Source: Carcharhinus longimanus (lineage: Eukaryota). Taken from it: a stretch of DNA of 64,000 nt. The stretch covers positions 90,485,161 to 90,549,160 of the forward strand of contig JASCQW010000027.1 of the NCBI GenBank assembly GCA_030264375.1. Direction: 5' to 3'. Numbering within the stretch: position 1 is the stretch's first letter; the number at the start of each line of letters is the position of its first letter. The notes under the pieces were generated by a model. The model had not been told where the DNA came from. It searched no databases and saw only the letters and a program-made list of their open reading frames with translations. Positions 48,205 to 60,805 of the stretch are shown one piece after another. The position numbers were made by a program, and so were the translations under genes.

Positions 48205-48820
48205 ATTGGAGACAGCACAACAAACTTTCACTAAATTGGTCCATCTGATTAGGAGGCTTGTTCTATGATGAGAGGTTGAGTAAATTGGACTTACATTCTT
48301 CAGAGTTGAGAACAAAGATAGGTGATCTCATTTATGCCTAGAGAATTGAAAGGGGCTTGATAGGGCAGACACCGAGAGATTGGGTGAGATGTTCCGGCCG
48401 CACTGGGCCCAATGCCAGAAAATCCCGCCTGCTGTCAATGAACCTTTGCATGGTTCATGTCCCACCTGCTACGATTCCCGTGATGGGTGGAACAGGGTAT
48501 TCCCTCCATGTATCTGACGATTGGGGAATCTAAAACCCGGGGACATGGTCTCAGGATTAGGAAATTTCAGACTGAGATGAGGAGAAATTATTACTTCATT
48601 CAAAGGGTTGAGAACTTTTGGAATTGTCTGCCCCAGAGGGTTGTGGATGCTCTACTGTTGAATATTTAAGGCTGGCAGTTGATCTCAAGGAGTTAAGGGA
48701 GATGGGAAATGGGCGGAAAAACAGTTGCGAAGCCCAAGACCTGTTCAGATTGTATTGAATGGCAAAGCAGGCTTGATGGGCCATATGGTCTATTCATGCT
48801 CCTATTTCCTGTGTTCTTGG
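48205..48820 (+). mobile_element. CR1 3' fragment with nested MITE (~48382-48508)
   Basis: ORF 48487..48669 GESKTRGHGLRIR..FIQRVENFWNCLPQRVVDA; CR1 3'UTR. Confidence 0.85.
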
Positions 48821-49454
48821 AATTACATTATTGGAAGATGCTGGATGATTTCAGCCAGTCCAACTGACAACTTTTCCATGAATACAGGGATCAAACCAAC
48901 AATAGATTAATATGAAAAGAAAATGCTGGAAATACTCAGCAGGTCAGGCAGCANNNNNNNNNNNNNNNNNNNNNNNNNNNNNNNNNNNNNNNNNNNNNNN
49001 NNNNNNNNNNNNNNNNNNNNNNNNNNNNNNNNNNNNNNNNNNNNNNNNNNNNNNNNNNNNNNNNNNNNNNNNNNNNNNNNNNNNNNNNNNNNNNNNNNNN
49101 NNNNNNNNNNNNNNNNNNNNNNNNNNNNNNNNNNNNNNNNNNNNNNNNNNNNNNNNNNNNNNNNNNNNNNNNNNNNNNNNNNNNNNNNNNNNNNNNNNNN
49201 NNNNNNNNNNNNNNNNNNNNNNNNNNNNNNNNNNNNNNNNNNNNNNNNNNNNNNNNNNNNNNNNNNNNNNNNNNNNNNNNNNNNNNNNNNNNNNNNNNNN
49301 NNNNNNNNNNNNNNNNNNNNNNNNNNNNNNNNNNNNNNNNNNNNNNNNNNNNNNNNNNNNNNNNNNNNNNNNNNNNNNNNNNNNNNNNNNNNNNNNNNNN
49401 NNNNNNNNNNNNNNNNNNNNNNNNNNNNNNNNNNNNNNNNNNNNNNNNNNNNNN

Positions 49455-49530
49455 AATCCAGGCAACATCCTTGTAAATCTCCTCTGCACCCTTTCAATAG
49501 CTTCTACGTCCTTCCTATAGTGAGGCGACC
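49455..49530 (-). mobile_element. CR1 fragment at gap edge
   Basis: WSPHYRKDVEAIERVQRRFTRMLPG. Confidence 0.85.
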
Positions 49531-49689
49531 ACTTCCGCAACTCTGGCGAGTAGCAAAATCAAAACAGGTCAGCTGTCCAGCAGACCAACTTTATTAAAAA
49601 CAACATTCTTAAAATTGTTCAGTTTATGGTGTCATCCCATTTATTTAATACCTAACCACTGTCGCCCTTATCCATGCCTGTCTTATATT

Positions 49690-50240
49690 CTGACTTACAT
49701 ATTCCAGCTGGCTCCCTGGTGAGTCCCTCATTCACCCTCTGTAAACTTGAGCTCATCCAGAATCTGCTGCCCATGTTCTTACTCAGGCCAAGTGCCATTC
49801 ATCCCATTCCCCTGTGTTCACAGACCCAGCTCCTGATCAAGCAATGCTTTGATTTGGAAAATTCTCATCTTTACTTCCATGTCCCTGAATGGCCTCGTTC
49901 CTCCCTACCTTTGTAATCTCCTCCTGCCCTAGAATCCTCCGGGATATTCGTGTTCATCTATTCCGGTCTCCTGAGCACCCGCAATTTTAATTGCTCCGCC
50001 ATTGGTGATTGCGCCTTCTGGGCTCTAAGCAATAGAATTCCCTCTCTAAGCTTCTCTTTCCTTCCTTAAAACCTACCTATTGTGACCAAGCTTTGGCCAC
50101 CTGCCCTAATAGCACCTCATGGGGCTTGCTGTCAAAAATTAGCTTTATAACACTCCTTTGAAGCATCCTGGGGCACTTTATTCTGTTGTAAGTGTGAATA
50201 CAAGTTGTACGTATACAAGTTTTATGTATAGCTAATAAAT
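49690..50240 (+). mobile_element. L2 LINE 3' fragment
   Basis: KLELIQN(S)AA..KILIFTSMSLNGLVPPYL L2 ORF2 C-terminal motifs and ACAAGTTGT-like tail repeats. Confidence 0.75.
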
Positions 50241-50387
50241 ACAAGTTATTGTTCTTGTATGTAAATCCTAAAGCCACTTTGATAAGCATGGGAACATAAC
50301 TGCTCAATTCTATACTTCAGGCAGGTGAAGGGAAGGGAGCAAAATACTCTGTCTCTCTTCCTGTCATCAGTGAACAAAATCATATTT

Positions 50388-50709
50388 GGGTGGCACAGTG
50401 GTTAGCACTGCTGCCTCACAGCACCCAGGGACCTGAGTTCAATTCCCAGCTTGAGTCACTGTCTGTGTGGAGTTTGCACGTTTTCCCTGTGTCTGTGTGG
50501 GTTTCCTTCGGGTTTCCTCCCATAGTCCAAAGATGTGTGGGTTAGTGGATTGGTCATGCTAAATTGCCCTTTAGTGTCAGGGGGACTGGCTAGGGTAAAT
50601 GCATGGAGTTATGGGGATAGGACCTGGGTGGGATTGTGGTCATTGCAGACTTGATGGGCTAAATGGCCTCCTTCTGCATTGTAGAATTCTATGACTCCAT
50701 GATTCTATG
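50388..50709 (+). mobile_element. HE1-type SINE
   Basis: Full head, V-domain and tail. Confidence 0.92.
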
Positions 50710-51927
50710 AGTAGAGGAGATACACAAACCCATTCTTAGGCTGCAACCTACAAATATGATACCAGAAGACTTTTTTCTACATACACATGAACAGGTAGCT
50801 CTCAGAGTGTTGTCCTGATGAATAACAGCATTGACTCTCAGTGTAGCTAGACAACGTGAAGGGGATTTAAAACCCACAAACAGATCCATTATTCCATTTA
50901 TCAGTTTCATGTTTCAGATCATAAATACAACATTGGTACAAACAGGATTGGCTTTGCTATGTTTGTGGAGTATTGATTGGATGAAGCCCAAAGTCTCACT
51001 AAAGTGGAGTGAAATTTCACTCTCTGAAGAGTGATGCTTAACTTTGTTTTAATGTCAAGCCAAGACAGAACTACAGATTAAGGTTGAAGTTGCACAATTT
51101 CTGATATAACAGTTGGAGTCTAAAGGTACACGCAAATATATTTTTTCATTCATTCATGGCACATGAGCATTGCTGGCTGGCCAGCATTGATTGCCCATCC
51201 CTCTCCAATCACTTTGCATCTTGCAATAATTTCAATTTTGCATTAAATCAATTGCATTTTTAAAAATTCAACCAATATTTTGAACAAAAGCACATAAGCA
51301 TTCAGAGTAAAGGGTCTCCAGGATTCATCCAAAAGACATCATCCATTAAAGGAATGAGCTGGCAACATAAACTTCTAGCCTGAATTGGCAACACAGCCTG
51401 TATATCTATATTAAATTGTATTATTAATAAGAAAGCATAAGGTTATTTGGTTCATCAGGTCAATTTATACAATGCATTCTATCTGCTATAATTGATTTTA
51501 TTCTGGGTTTAATTGTCCAAGAGAAAACTCTGCAAAACTTCTCCATGTGTCCAAAGGCAGTCAAGCAAAATTCAACAGGATCTTTCCTCGCTTCAGGTTA
51601 CAGTGTTGAAAATTCTCAGCCAGGAGCACATCCTGACATATATGCAAGGGTGCTTTCCTCCCCCTTTCATCTCTTCCCCAACCCATCCATCCCATTCCCA
51701 CTATTATTTTGCTATGTTATTATGATAGATGCAATGTCTATTTCCATCTCTCCTCCATTATCAATCTACGGCTTACTAATTCAATTGTCCAAGTTAGACA
51801 TTATTATAACAAAGCCAACAAACAAACTTTCAATGCACCTATACCAAATTTCTCTGTCTGCTGTTAGAATGAAAGTGCTTTTCTATATTTTAGGCTTGTA
51901 TGTTTGTACGTGTATTCCTTAGAGCTC

Positions 51928-52204
51928 TGTAATGTCATAAGCACCTGGTATTGAGCTTTTAAGGGGTGGGGGTGGGGAATCCTGAGGTTCATGTGATTAG
52001 GTCAGAATCAATGGAGTGGCAGCACAGGAAGTTCCAGGATATGTGTTCAGGATCAGGGAGCATCCTCATTTGGAGTCAGGGAGGAGAGGAGAATTGTCGC
52101 ACATTTAGTTCTGTCAGACCCTTGTTTGTATATATCTATTTTATCATTGGTAATAAACCATTTTATAACTTCAAGCCACATTAAGTCGTCTTCAAGTTAT
52201 TACA
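51928..52204 (+). mobile_element. Possible solo LTR
   Basis: TGTAAT...ATTACA inverted termini with AATAAA near the 3' end; no clear TSD. Confidence 0.35.
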
Positions 52205-52389
52205 GACACTGATTCTCTTCCTCCAATTCAACATTGTGAGTGTTCAGGGGCACAGCAAAGAAATTTCAGTTTGCTTGAAACATACATGAACTGCACGAGA
52301 GCCAAAGATTTAAACACAATATCCCGAGAGTGGAGTTCTCTGAGTCTCAGTGAGGAGAACTGGGACTTAACAGGTTTGAAGACATTTGT

Positions 52390-52505
52390 ATCTCATCCAA
52401 AGCAAAGCACTGCTAACAATGCAGCTTTCCACTATTCCTGCACTGAAATGTCTGGCTAGATTATGTACTTGAATGCAAAGCCTTCCAACTCAGAGATAAG
52501 AGTGA
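52390..52505 (-). mobile_element. DeuSINE-like 5' relic
   Basis: TCTCATCCAAAG..AATGCAGC..CTGCACTGAAATGTC..CTAGATTATGT. Confidence 0.5.
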
Positions 52506-52699
52506 CTTCATGAAAACTGTCTTACATACAAAAATGTCTTTGTATGCCTTGCATACTTCCTGCAAATGCCACACTTACTTCCTGTCACAAATTGCTGATA
52601 TCATCCCATTGTTATAAAATAGAGTACCCTCTAACACACCGTGAGCAGTGCTGCCATAATGTGATAACCACAAAAAACTCAAGAGCACTTTGGGTACAT

Positions 52700-53525
52700 T
52701 TTTGGAACACCTTTGCACAGCCCACAAGCATGACTCTGACCGTCTTGTGGCCCACCATTGCAATTCACTGGAATATTCTCATGCTCACATTTCTGTCTAC
52801 AGCTGGTGCAATGTTACAGTGAAGCCCAATGCAAACTGGAAGAATAAGGCATTTTAGAACCTTCTGGGCTTAACATTGAGCACAATGCTTCCAACCACAA
52901 ACCCTGTTCTCCATTTTGATTTTCTTCCATATCCCTACCACCAACCATCCCTGCCGAAATGCCAGTCTGTATCTTTTTCTCATGTCTTGCTTTTAAAAAG
53001 TGCTGACCTTTGGTCTGCTATTAACACGTTCTACAATCTTGCTTTCAGGCAGGACTGCCCTGTCCAAAGATGTCCGGGTTTGGTGGATCGGCCATGCTAA
53101 ATTGCCCTTAGTGTCAAGGGGACTTGCAGGGTAGCTAAGATTGTGGTCAGTACAGACTTGATGGGCTAAGTGGCCTCTTTCTGCACTATAGATTTCTATG
53201 ATTCTATGACCTTTATGCCACTATTAACACCTGTTTTAGTCTTTAATACTATCATTAGCATTCTCTTTGCCTTGAGTCCATGACATCTTTGTCATTAAAC
53301 CACTCCTGACCTCCGACCTATCCCTGAAATTCTAATTTGCTCCACCCCCTTTCCAACAATATAGAACCCATCACATCTCTATCTCTCATCAGCTCTGACA
53401 AACACTCACACAGACTTGAAAAATTAACTCTGTTTCTCTTTCCATTGAGGCTGCCAGACATGCTGACTTTTTCCAGCCGTTTCTATTGCTGTTTCAGATT
53501 CGCAGCATCTGCATTTCTTTGCTTT
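52700..53525 (+). mobile_element. Penelope-like family B 3' fragment with nested SINE half (53061-53209)
   Basis: Endonuclease C-terminal remnants VAHHCNSLEYSH..EAQCKLEE..PSGLNIE; decayed hammerhead at ~53390-53430 and family B tail. Confidence 0.75.
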
Positions 53526-55030
53526 AATTATTTGAGAATACTAGTGTTGGATATGGAAGAGAAGAAAGAAAAATCAAATCCTGTATAATAGCGCAGATGA
53601 AAATTGCATCACATTGTTGAAAATAATGAAATAAACTTCAAGTTCAGGTTGAGGACCATTAGATTACCCAAGGATATTGACGATGATCTTTTTTTTCTAT
53701 CTACAAAATCCAGCCATCTGCTTCAGAGGATGTTGTATTGTAATTCCTGTGGGGTCTGATACTCCAGTGCACTTTTCTCGAGCTTATCAGTGAATTTCCA
53801 CTATTTATCAAGGACACACACTCTCAAGAGGAGTCTAAAGTATCTTCAGGTATAAAAACATAGCTACTCTGCAAATGTTGCTTTCAGATTGTTTTCAATG
53901 CCGGGGTAGCTAATAGCTGCTTAATGATTTTAACGTGGAACATACAGCCCGGCTAGATTCTATTAGTTAATGAATAATGGGGTGTTAAACTGACTCATTT
54001 AGATAAACAATTAGAGGATTAGCATTTGCAAAGGTGAGAATGGGAATTATTAATCTCCCACTGAAGTGTACACTATGTGTACAGGCTGTAAAACTAGACA
54101 GCTCTGAGTGGAAAGGATTGTTTCATGCTAACTTTCGTACCAATAAATGGGGGCGAGTGGGAGGATATTTTACGCTACAGCACTAAATGTTGACAACTAA
54201 ACATAGTAAAATGGGAATCTACTTCAACTGACATTTGGAAAATAAGCTGAACCTTACAAGTAAAGGCATTCCTCATATTTTGCTGTTAGTTTTTGGTCTC
54301 ATTGGTCTTTGATGGAATAAATATGTGCAGACTGCTGCTCTAAATAGAACTAAAATCTACACTTAGAGCAAATGTTTTCTCACATTTGCTAATGTCTCAG
54401 CTCTTGATAAATATACTGTGGTGATGTAGGCCAGATGTGTTCCCTGACTGCACCACAAATCATACTGATTGTCAATTACCATTCATTGTGCGATTACAGC
54501 AACAAGACATGATGGCAAAAGTGACGTCCACTGCCGAGTCAGAGGTAGTGACTGCTAAGCAAGAGAGATGGAAAATTACCTATTTAAAAGAAACTGATTT
54601 CACAAAATGTGAAATGCAAGTCAGGTTGCCAACCGTCCAAGATTGCCCTGGATTCTCTTGGAATTAAAGATTAATCTCCCAGGACACTGGGAGCAAATGT
54701 CTTGGGTGGGGGTGGGGGGAAGGAAAAATCATTGAAGTTTTAAAAATGGTGCTTTTCTTGGGGTTTTTTCAGCTGAGTGGTTTAGAAAGTATTGGAGGCA
54801 GGTGAGAAAAATAGAGGGTGATTCTCTTAGTGATTCTCCCAGGGCGATTCTAGAGCAGTGCAGCAGGCCAGGAGACATCAGCGGAGGCCGTTTATTGAGT
54901 TCCCGCTGGGTGTCACAGTGTCTGCATATCTCCAGGGCCAGGATTTGTGGTGTCGTCAGCTCTACACCAGAAATCGGCACGGAGCTGATTTCAATATTTA
55001 TATTGTTATTTTAATATCAATAACGCGACT

Positions 55031-55853
55031 GGGGCTGATGTTTCCAGGCCCGCTAGCCTCTCCCCATCCCTGCCCAGAGTGGCCTACTCCTACACGATTT
55101 ACAACAGCTCGCCACTAACGGGGAGCTGGCAGCCCGACTCGCTAGAGTGAAGGGGGGCCATTGAGGTCCTCCTCCAGGAAGTCGGGCGTATGGGAGAGGG
55201 ATGCCCCTTGTGCATTGCCAGCCTGGCTATGCCAACCTGATCCCCAGCACTGCCCAAGAAGCAAAGTGGCAATGCCCAAGGGGCACCTTGCCACTTGACA
55301 TTGGGCTGTGCTAAGGGGGCAGGGCCAGAGAGGGTGAGGCCTAAGGGAGGGGAATCAGTGGGGGTTCCTGCTGCCCCTCTGCTGTCGGGAGGACGGGCAG
55401 AGGGAGGGAATGGGCTGATCGGGGCCTGCCAGTGGAGCGGGGGTCAGGGCTGTCAGGGCAGGGGTGGGATCAGGGCTGACATGGTTGGGGGGTTCAGGGC
55501 TGGTGGGAATTGGGACTGGCCTGGGGCACATGGCAGGCCAACGATCTTGGGGTAGGTGGATCAGAAGGCCAGCGATGGAGGGCTGCGGGGCTGGCCTGTG
55601 ATCGGGATGCTGTCAGTGCGGGGCCACTGCACATGTGCCGACCTCAGCGCTGACACATCAGCACGATCGCAGTAGCCCACTCAGCGCTATGTTGCCCTTC
55701 TCTCGGGTGGGAATAAGCTCCGCCCTTGCATTTTTAGTGTGAATCTCACTAGGGCATTCTGTGATGCACAGAATATGGGAAATTCATTTTGAAAATCCCG
55801 CTTAAAAAAAAGAACCAGTGGGAATTACTCCATGCAAATTTGGCACTTTGAGT
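55031..55853. mobile_element. GC-rich non-autonomous DNA transposon (Harbinger-like)
   Basis: GGGCTGATGTTTCC...GAGAATACCGGCC ends; G-rich interior like 20754-21164. Confidence 0.5.
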
Positions 55854-56169
55854 TTTTTGAGAGAATACCGGCCATGGTGTTTGAAGGGGCTGGGTGATTA
55901 CAGGCTGGAGGTGGGGGTGATGAAATCTCTCGGAATATGCCCAGATAAATTTAGCAACCCCCAATGCAAGTGTTGCAGTTGTTGCATCTTCATGAGGTTC
56001 ACAATACATCAGAATTATGGACGTGCTTCAGCCAGTAATCTGCAAAGACAAGTTGTTGTATTCGAATGCAGTTGTGTTTCATTAAGCACACATTAGCAAT
56101 GGTTTACATCCAGTGGACCAGGAAATTACAGCCTGAGGGTCTCATGTGAGTGGTAGGGAAATTATTGGA

Positions 56170-57575
56170 GAAAATTCTGAAGGAGAGAATTATGGGTTAA
56201 TTAGGTTTGGGTTAATTAGGTTTGGGTTAATTTGGGATGGGTTAATTAGGGATAGTCAGCATCACTTTGTCAGAGGGAGGTCATGCCTCAACAATTTGTT
56301 CAAATTTTTCAAAAATGTGACTAAATGTGTGGATGAGGGCAGTGCAGTTGATGTAGTTTATATGGATCTTGGCAAAGCCTTGGACAAGGTCCCACATGGG
56401 AGACTGATTGAGAAAGTTAAAGCATACAGAATTTGGGGAAACTTGCTGAGATGGATCAGAAACTGGCTTAGTAAGAGGGCACAAAGGGTAATGGTAGAAG
56501 GCTGTTCCAGCGACTGGATGCTGGTGTCCAGCAGTGTACCATGAGGTTCAGGACTTGGACATTTATTGTTTGCTATATACATAAATGATACAAGTGAAAA
56601 TGTGGGGGGGAATGATAAGCAAATTTGCAGACCACACCAAGATTGATAGAATGATTAATAGTGGAGAAGACAATTGTAGGTTACAGGAAGATATAGTTTG
56701 GTTAGATGGGCAGAGCCATGGCAAATATATAACCCTGCTAAGTGTGAGGTGATGCACTTTGGAAGAAGAAACAAGACAAGGGACACTCAGAAGCTTAAAG
56801 GGATCTTGGGGTAATTATTCACAGATCCCTGAAGTCGGCAGAGCACGTGAATAGAATAGTTATGAAGGCACATGGGACACACACTTGTTTTTATCAGTCA
56901 TGGTGTAGAATAGAATAGAGAAGGGGCAGCGCTCCGAAAGCTAGTGGTTTGTGCTACCAAATAAACCTGTTGGACTTTAACCTGGAGTTGTGAGACTTCT
57001 TACATAGAATATAAGAGCAAGGAGGTAATGTTGGAGCTGTACAGAAGGTGGTTAGACCACAACTGGGGTTCCGGTCATCTCACCACAGGAAAGATATGAT
57101 TGCACTAGAGGGTAGAGAGGAGGTTCACCAGGATGTTGCTTGGGATGGAGCATTTGTGCTATGAAGAGTGACTAGATAGGTTTGGATTGTTTTCTTCTGA
57201 TCAGAGAAGGCTAAGGGGGGATATGACTGAGGTGTATAAGCTATGTGGGGTATGGACAGGATGAGTAGGGAACAGCTGTTCCCCTTAATTTAGGGATCAA
57301 TCACAAGGGGGAAAAGTTTTAAGGTAAGGGGCAGGAGATTCGGAGGGGATTTAAGGAAAAACCTTATCGCTCAGAGAGTATTAAGAATCTGGAATGGACT
57401 GCCTGGGAAGGTAATTGAGGCCGGTAATCTTTCAAACTTTAAAATTATTTGGATGAGTCATAATAGTCAAGGAAATGGGATAAGTGCAGAAAAATGGGAT
57501 TAGCTTGCCTTTAATGGTAGACATTGTCGTGTAGACTCGATGGGCTGAAGAGCCTTTTGTGCGCTGTATGAATCT
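56170..57575 (+). mobile_element. CR1 ORF2 (RT to 3' end), decayed
   Basis: ORF 56146..56544 SQHHFVRGRSCLNNL..VDVVYMDLGKALDKVPHGRL..WIRNWLSKRAQRV; continues to 3'UTR. Confidence 0.92.
56918..57003 (+). mobile_element. 86-bp Penelope-like family A insertion in CR1
   Basis: GAAGGGGCAGCGCTCCGAAAGCTAGTG..AATAAACCTGTTGGACTTTAACCTGG; ATAGAATA on both sides (56910-56917, 57004-57011). Confidence 0.85.
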
Positions 57576-57578
57576 ATG

Positions 57579-57742
57579 GGGAGAATTTTCCCATCCCGCC
57601 CAGCACGGGAATTGTAGCAGGTGGGGGGGGAGGGAGGGAGGGAGGGAGGGAGGGAGGGAGGGGAGGGCAGACCATGCAAAAGTCAGTTGACCTTGGGTGG
57701 GATTTTCCAGATTTGGGTCAAGTGCGCCTGGAAAACCCCACC
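57579..57742. mobile_element. MITE containing (GGGA)n
   Basis: GGGAGAATTTTCC...GGAAAACCCCACC ends; body matches the 23562-23687 family in reverse. Confidence 0.65.
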
Positions 57743-58248
57743 TTATAACTCTATGACCCTATGACCAGCAGGTAATTTCAGGCTCCAATTGACACTCGAT
57801 TTCTTTCACCATGAGTTCAATGAAATGGAACTAGATGAGGTGGGGGTCAACATAGTTTAGTTCTAAAACATAATTTCCTTATGCATTCCTCTACAAATGG
57901 GAAATAAATGATCCCACATTGCTGCTATCATTTGTTTTTGTCACATGAAATACAAAACCTTTCTCGTGCACAGGAAATATTCTAAATCTTTGGTTTTGAC
58001 TTTCGTGATTTTGATTTTTTGCACACCTTTTTTTGTAACAGTCACACTATGTACAAAAGCCTGTTTCTCAGGTCATTATATCGGCTAAAACTTTTCTAAA
58101 TATGGCCGAGTAATGCAAATACTGTCATTTCATTTTTAGGACCATGATAATTTACGTCTGGTGTTTTCAGCATAATATTATTTAGGATGCAATGTATTAA
58201 TATGCCCAGGTAAGTTAAATGACTTCCTGCAGCAAAGCATCAACTTAC

Positions 58249-58329
58249 TTTCCTCTTCAGTCCTCTGCTTGAAGACAGCTCCGACCCACATTGCCACGGG
58301 AAGTGAAAGAGGTCAGGTTCCAAATCCAT
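58249..58329 (-). CDS. Candidate first coding segment (exon 58249-58436), product unidentified
   Basis: Acceptor TTTACTGCATCTGCAG, Kozak GCCAGGATGG, frame MDLEPDLFHFPWQCGSELSSSRGLKRK, consensus donor AAA|GTAAGT (phase 0). Confidence 0.5.
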
Positions 58330-58500
58330 CCTGGCCAGAACAGGGTACAGGTATTACTAAACCCCATGTTGTTGGCCCCAATCTGATCCACGACAGCCGT
58401 CCTGCCGACTGAGCAAACCTCAGAATTAGTTGCAGGCTGCAGATGCAGTAAATTATTCTTGTATTCTGGGAATTGGTTCAATCTATTGTTGAATTTCAGG

Positions 58501-58611
58501 GGACCAGATTCTCTGATCTCACCCGCAGCTGGGATTTTCCTGTCCCGCTGCAGTAAAGGGAGATTTGGCCGAGCGTGGTGGTGGGCCGTGAATGGCCGGA
58601 GAATTCTGGCC
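58501..58611. mobile_element. MITE (Harbinger-like)
   Basis: GGACCAGATTCTC...GAGAATTCTGGCC TIRs, exact AGG/AGG TSD. Confidence 0.75.
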
Positions 58612-59119
58612 AGGATTCTTTCTGGAGTTCTGACTTTGAAAGTGATGGCGTGGTGGAGGGCAAAGACAGGTTGCTGACCTGGAGTCCAAATTTCTCTTCT
58701 GAGGTTAAACCACAACTGAAGACAGAGTTCAAAAGCTGCGTAATGAAGGCAATTCAAACAGCTCTGGTCTTGGTCATGTGACAATGTGCTTTCAGGTTGA
58801 TCCATTCAGCTAACAATGTACTTTTGTGATGCCCATTAAAACCTGCTGAGCAGATAACTGGAACCAGTAACACAACATTGGAGATGAGGAGTCACAAATC
58901 TCTGCCTTTGTCCAGTGCTGGCTGGTGCAGATATCTGTTTGTGTTGGCTTAGCTGGAATGTCCATATAAGGAAAAAGGGGGTGTTGCATTTTGGGAGGAT
59001 GATGAGTTAGCCACTGTCCATTGGAATGGCTTAGAATCTTCCAGAACTATCAGAATGTGACCAGGCGCAGCCATTTTATCAGCCCAACAATTGTCCATTT
59101 AAAACAGAATTTCTACATG

Positions 59120-59420
59120 AGAATATGCGAGGTGATGCATTTTGGAAGGAATAATGTAGAGAGAAGCTATGTGATTAAAGGTAGACAAATTAGGAGTATA
59201 GAAACACAGAGGGACCTGGGAGTGCGGGTTCACAAATCCATNNNNNNNNNNNNNNNNNNNNNNNNNNNNNNNNNNNNNNNNNNNNNNNNNNNNNNNNNNN
59301 NNNNNNNNNNNNNNNNNNNNNNNNNNNNNNNNNNNNNNNNNCGCAGGGTAGAATAGGTGTAGGGTGATGCGGCGGCGCGGGCTTGTTGGGCCGAAGGGCC
59401 TGTTTCCCGTGCTGGGTTCT
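59120..59420 (+). mobile_element. CR1 fragment spanning gap
   Basis: CEVMHFGRNN..ETQRDLGVRVHKS; tail TTGGGCCGAAGGGCCTGTT. Confidence 0.85.
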
Positions 59421-60119
59421 TCTTTGTTCTTTGTTCTTTGTAATATGGAGGAGAAACAAATTGTTTTTAGATTTTTTGTTTCTTCATGCCTTCTCGGCAT
59501 GACAATGGCTGACCAGGAATCTCTCCCACTCTTACCACCTGCCATTAGAATATGTTGAAAGCATTTACAGGCTGATACACAACTATATAATAAATGCATT
59601 TTCTTTGGTCATTAGGTCCTGGAGTGGGAGTTGAACCTGTAACTTCTAGTTCAGAGGTAATGACACGACCCACTTTGCCACCAGATCTCAGAAATCAACT
59701 AACAAAATAAATGTAATTTGTACTTTTAATTTGATCTGGCCTGTGATGTTTTGTAATGGGTTTCTACAAATTTAGAACCAACTAACATTTATTATCTGTT
59801 TCCTGTATTAGAAACTTTTCAAGGGGACTTGACTGTACATCTAGACCATGCTGAGGCTCTGTTTGAAATACTGTGAGCTTACCTTCAAGAGGATGGTGAT
59901 ACATTGGAGAGAATATGGAATGGTCAGGGTGGTCTGAGGATCGGAAATATAAGCCTTGGGCAGGATCCAATTTGAATTTCAGGAATAACAGATCACAATT
60001 TTTAAAATGCAAGTTAATGAATAATGTAACTACAAAAACATGATTTAGCTTCTGTATTGAACACAGAACACTGGAGGGTTAGGATTTCGGGATTAGAATG
60101 TTTCTCCCAAGCCTTGAGA

Positions 60120-60480
60120 TTAGAGTCATAGAGGTTTACAGCATTGAAACAAGCCCTTTGACCCAACTTGTCTATGCTGCCCTATTTTTTAACCACTAAG
60201 CTAATCCCAATTGCCCACATTTGGCCTACATCCCTCTATACCCATCTTACCCACGTAACTATCGAAATGCTTTTTAAAAGACAACATTGTACCCGCCTCT
60301 CCTACTACCTCTGGCAGCTTGTTCCAGATACTCACCATCCTGTGTGAAAAACTGCCCCTCTGGACCCTTTTGTATCTCTCCCCCTCACCTTAAACCTATA
60401 CCCTCTAGTTTTAGACTTTCCTGCCTTTGGGAAAAGATGTTGATTATCTAGCTGATCTATGCCCCTCATTATTTTATAGA
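60120..60480 (-). mobile_element. CR1 3' end
   Basis: AGAGTCATAGAGGTTTACAGCATTGAAACAAGCCC..CTCACCTTAAACCTATACCCTCTAGTTTTAGAC. Confidence 0.85.
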
Positions 60481-60544
60481 TTGAGAAATATTTTTGAGAA
60501 TATGTGGAATAAATTCCAGCAAATTAGTTGATCCATGGTTCGTC

Positions 60545-60805
60545 AACATCCTTCTACCAACTTAAGATGATGGACATACAGCAAATCTGTTGAGGATTCA
60601 GTAGCTTTATATGATGCACTTTTGCTGAAGAGACCAATTTGCGGGGCGCAGGGTCTGCCACACATGTTGCATGTGAAATTGTTATTAGATGTCATTGTGT
60701 TGCTGTTTTTGGTGATGGTGTCTGTTGCCAAGCCATTGTATGCTCTAATCATGATGATGATGCACCCCAGTCCACAGGTGATGGCACCATTTCCTTCTGT
60801 CCTTG
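60545..60805 (-). mobile_element. RTE-clade LINE 3' end
   Basis: DRRKWCHHLWTGV and FTCNMCGRPCAPQIGLFS resemble the RTE C-terminal zinc-finger motif. Confidence 0.7.

Noticed and set aside
51522-51596. Weaker exon candidates (also ~3956-4113 +, ~9974-10097 +, ~20081-20237 -, ~29106-29283 +, ~41714-41832 +, ~54500-54544 +)
   Set aside because: Open frames with plausible acceptors but weak donors or no recognisable homology; not distinguishable from chance without RNA data
56193-56250. Telomere-like TTAGG/TTTGGG repeats
   Set aside because: A 15-bp local tandem amplification (TGGGTTAATTAGGTT x4) of CR1 coding sequence, not (TTAGGG)n
58257-58805. 182-aa minus-strand ORF
   Set aside because: Reads through a MITE; the plausible exon uses a different frame
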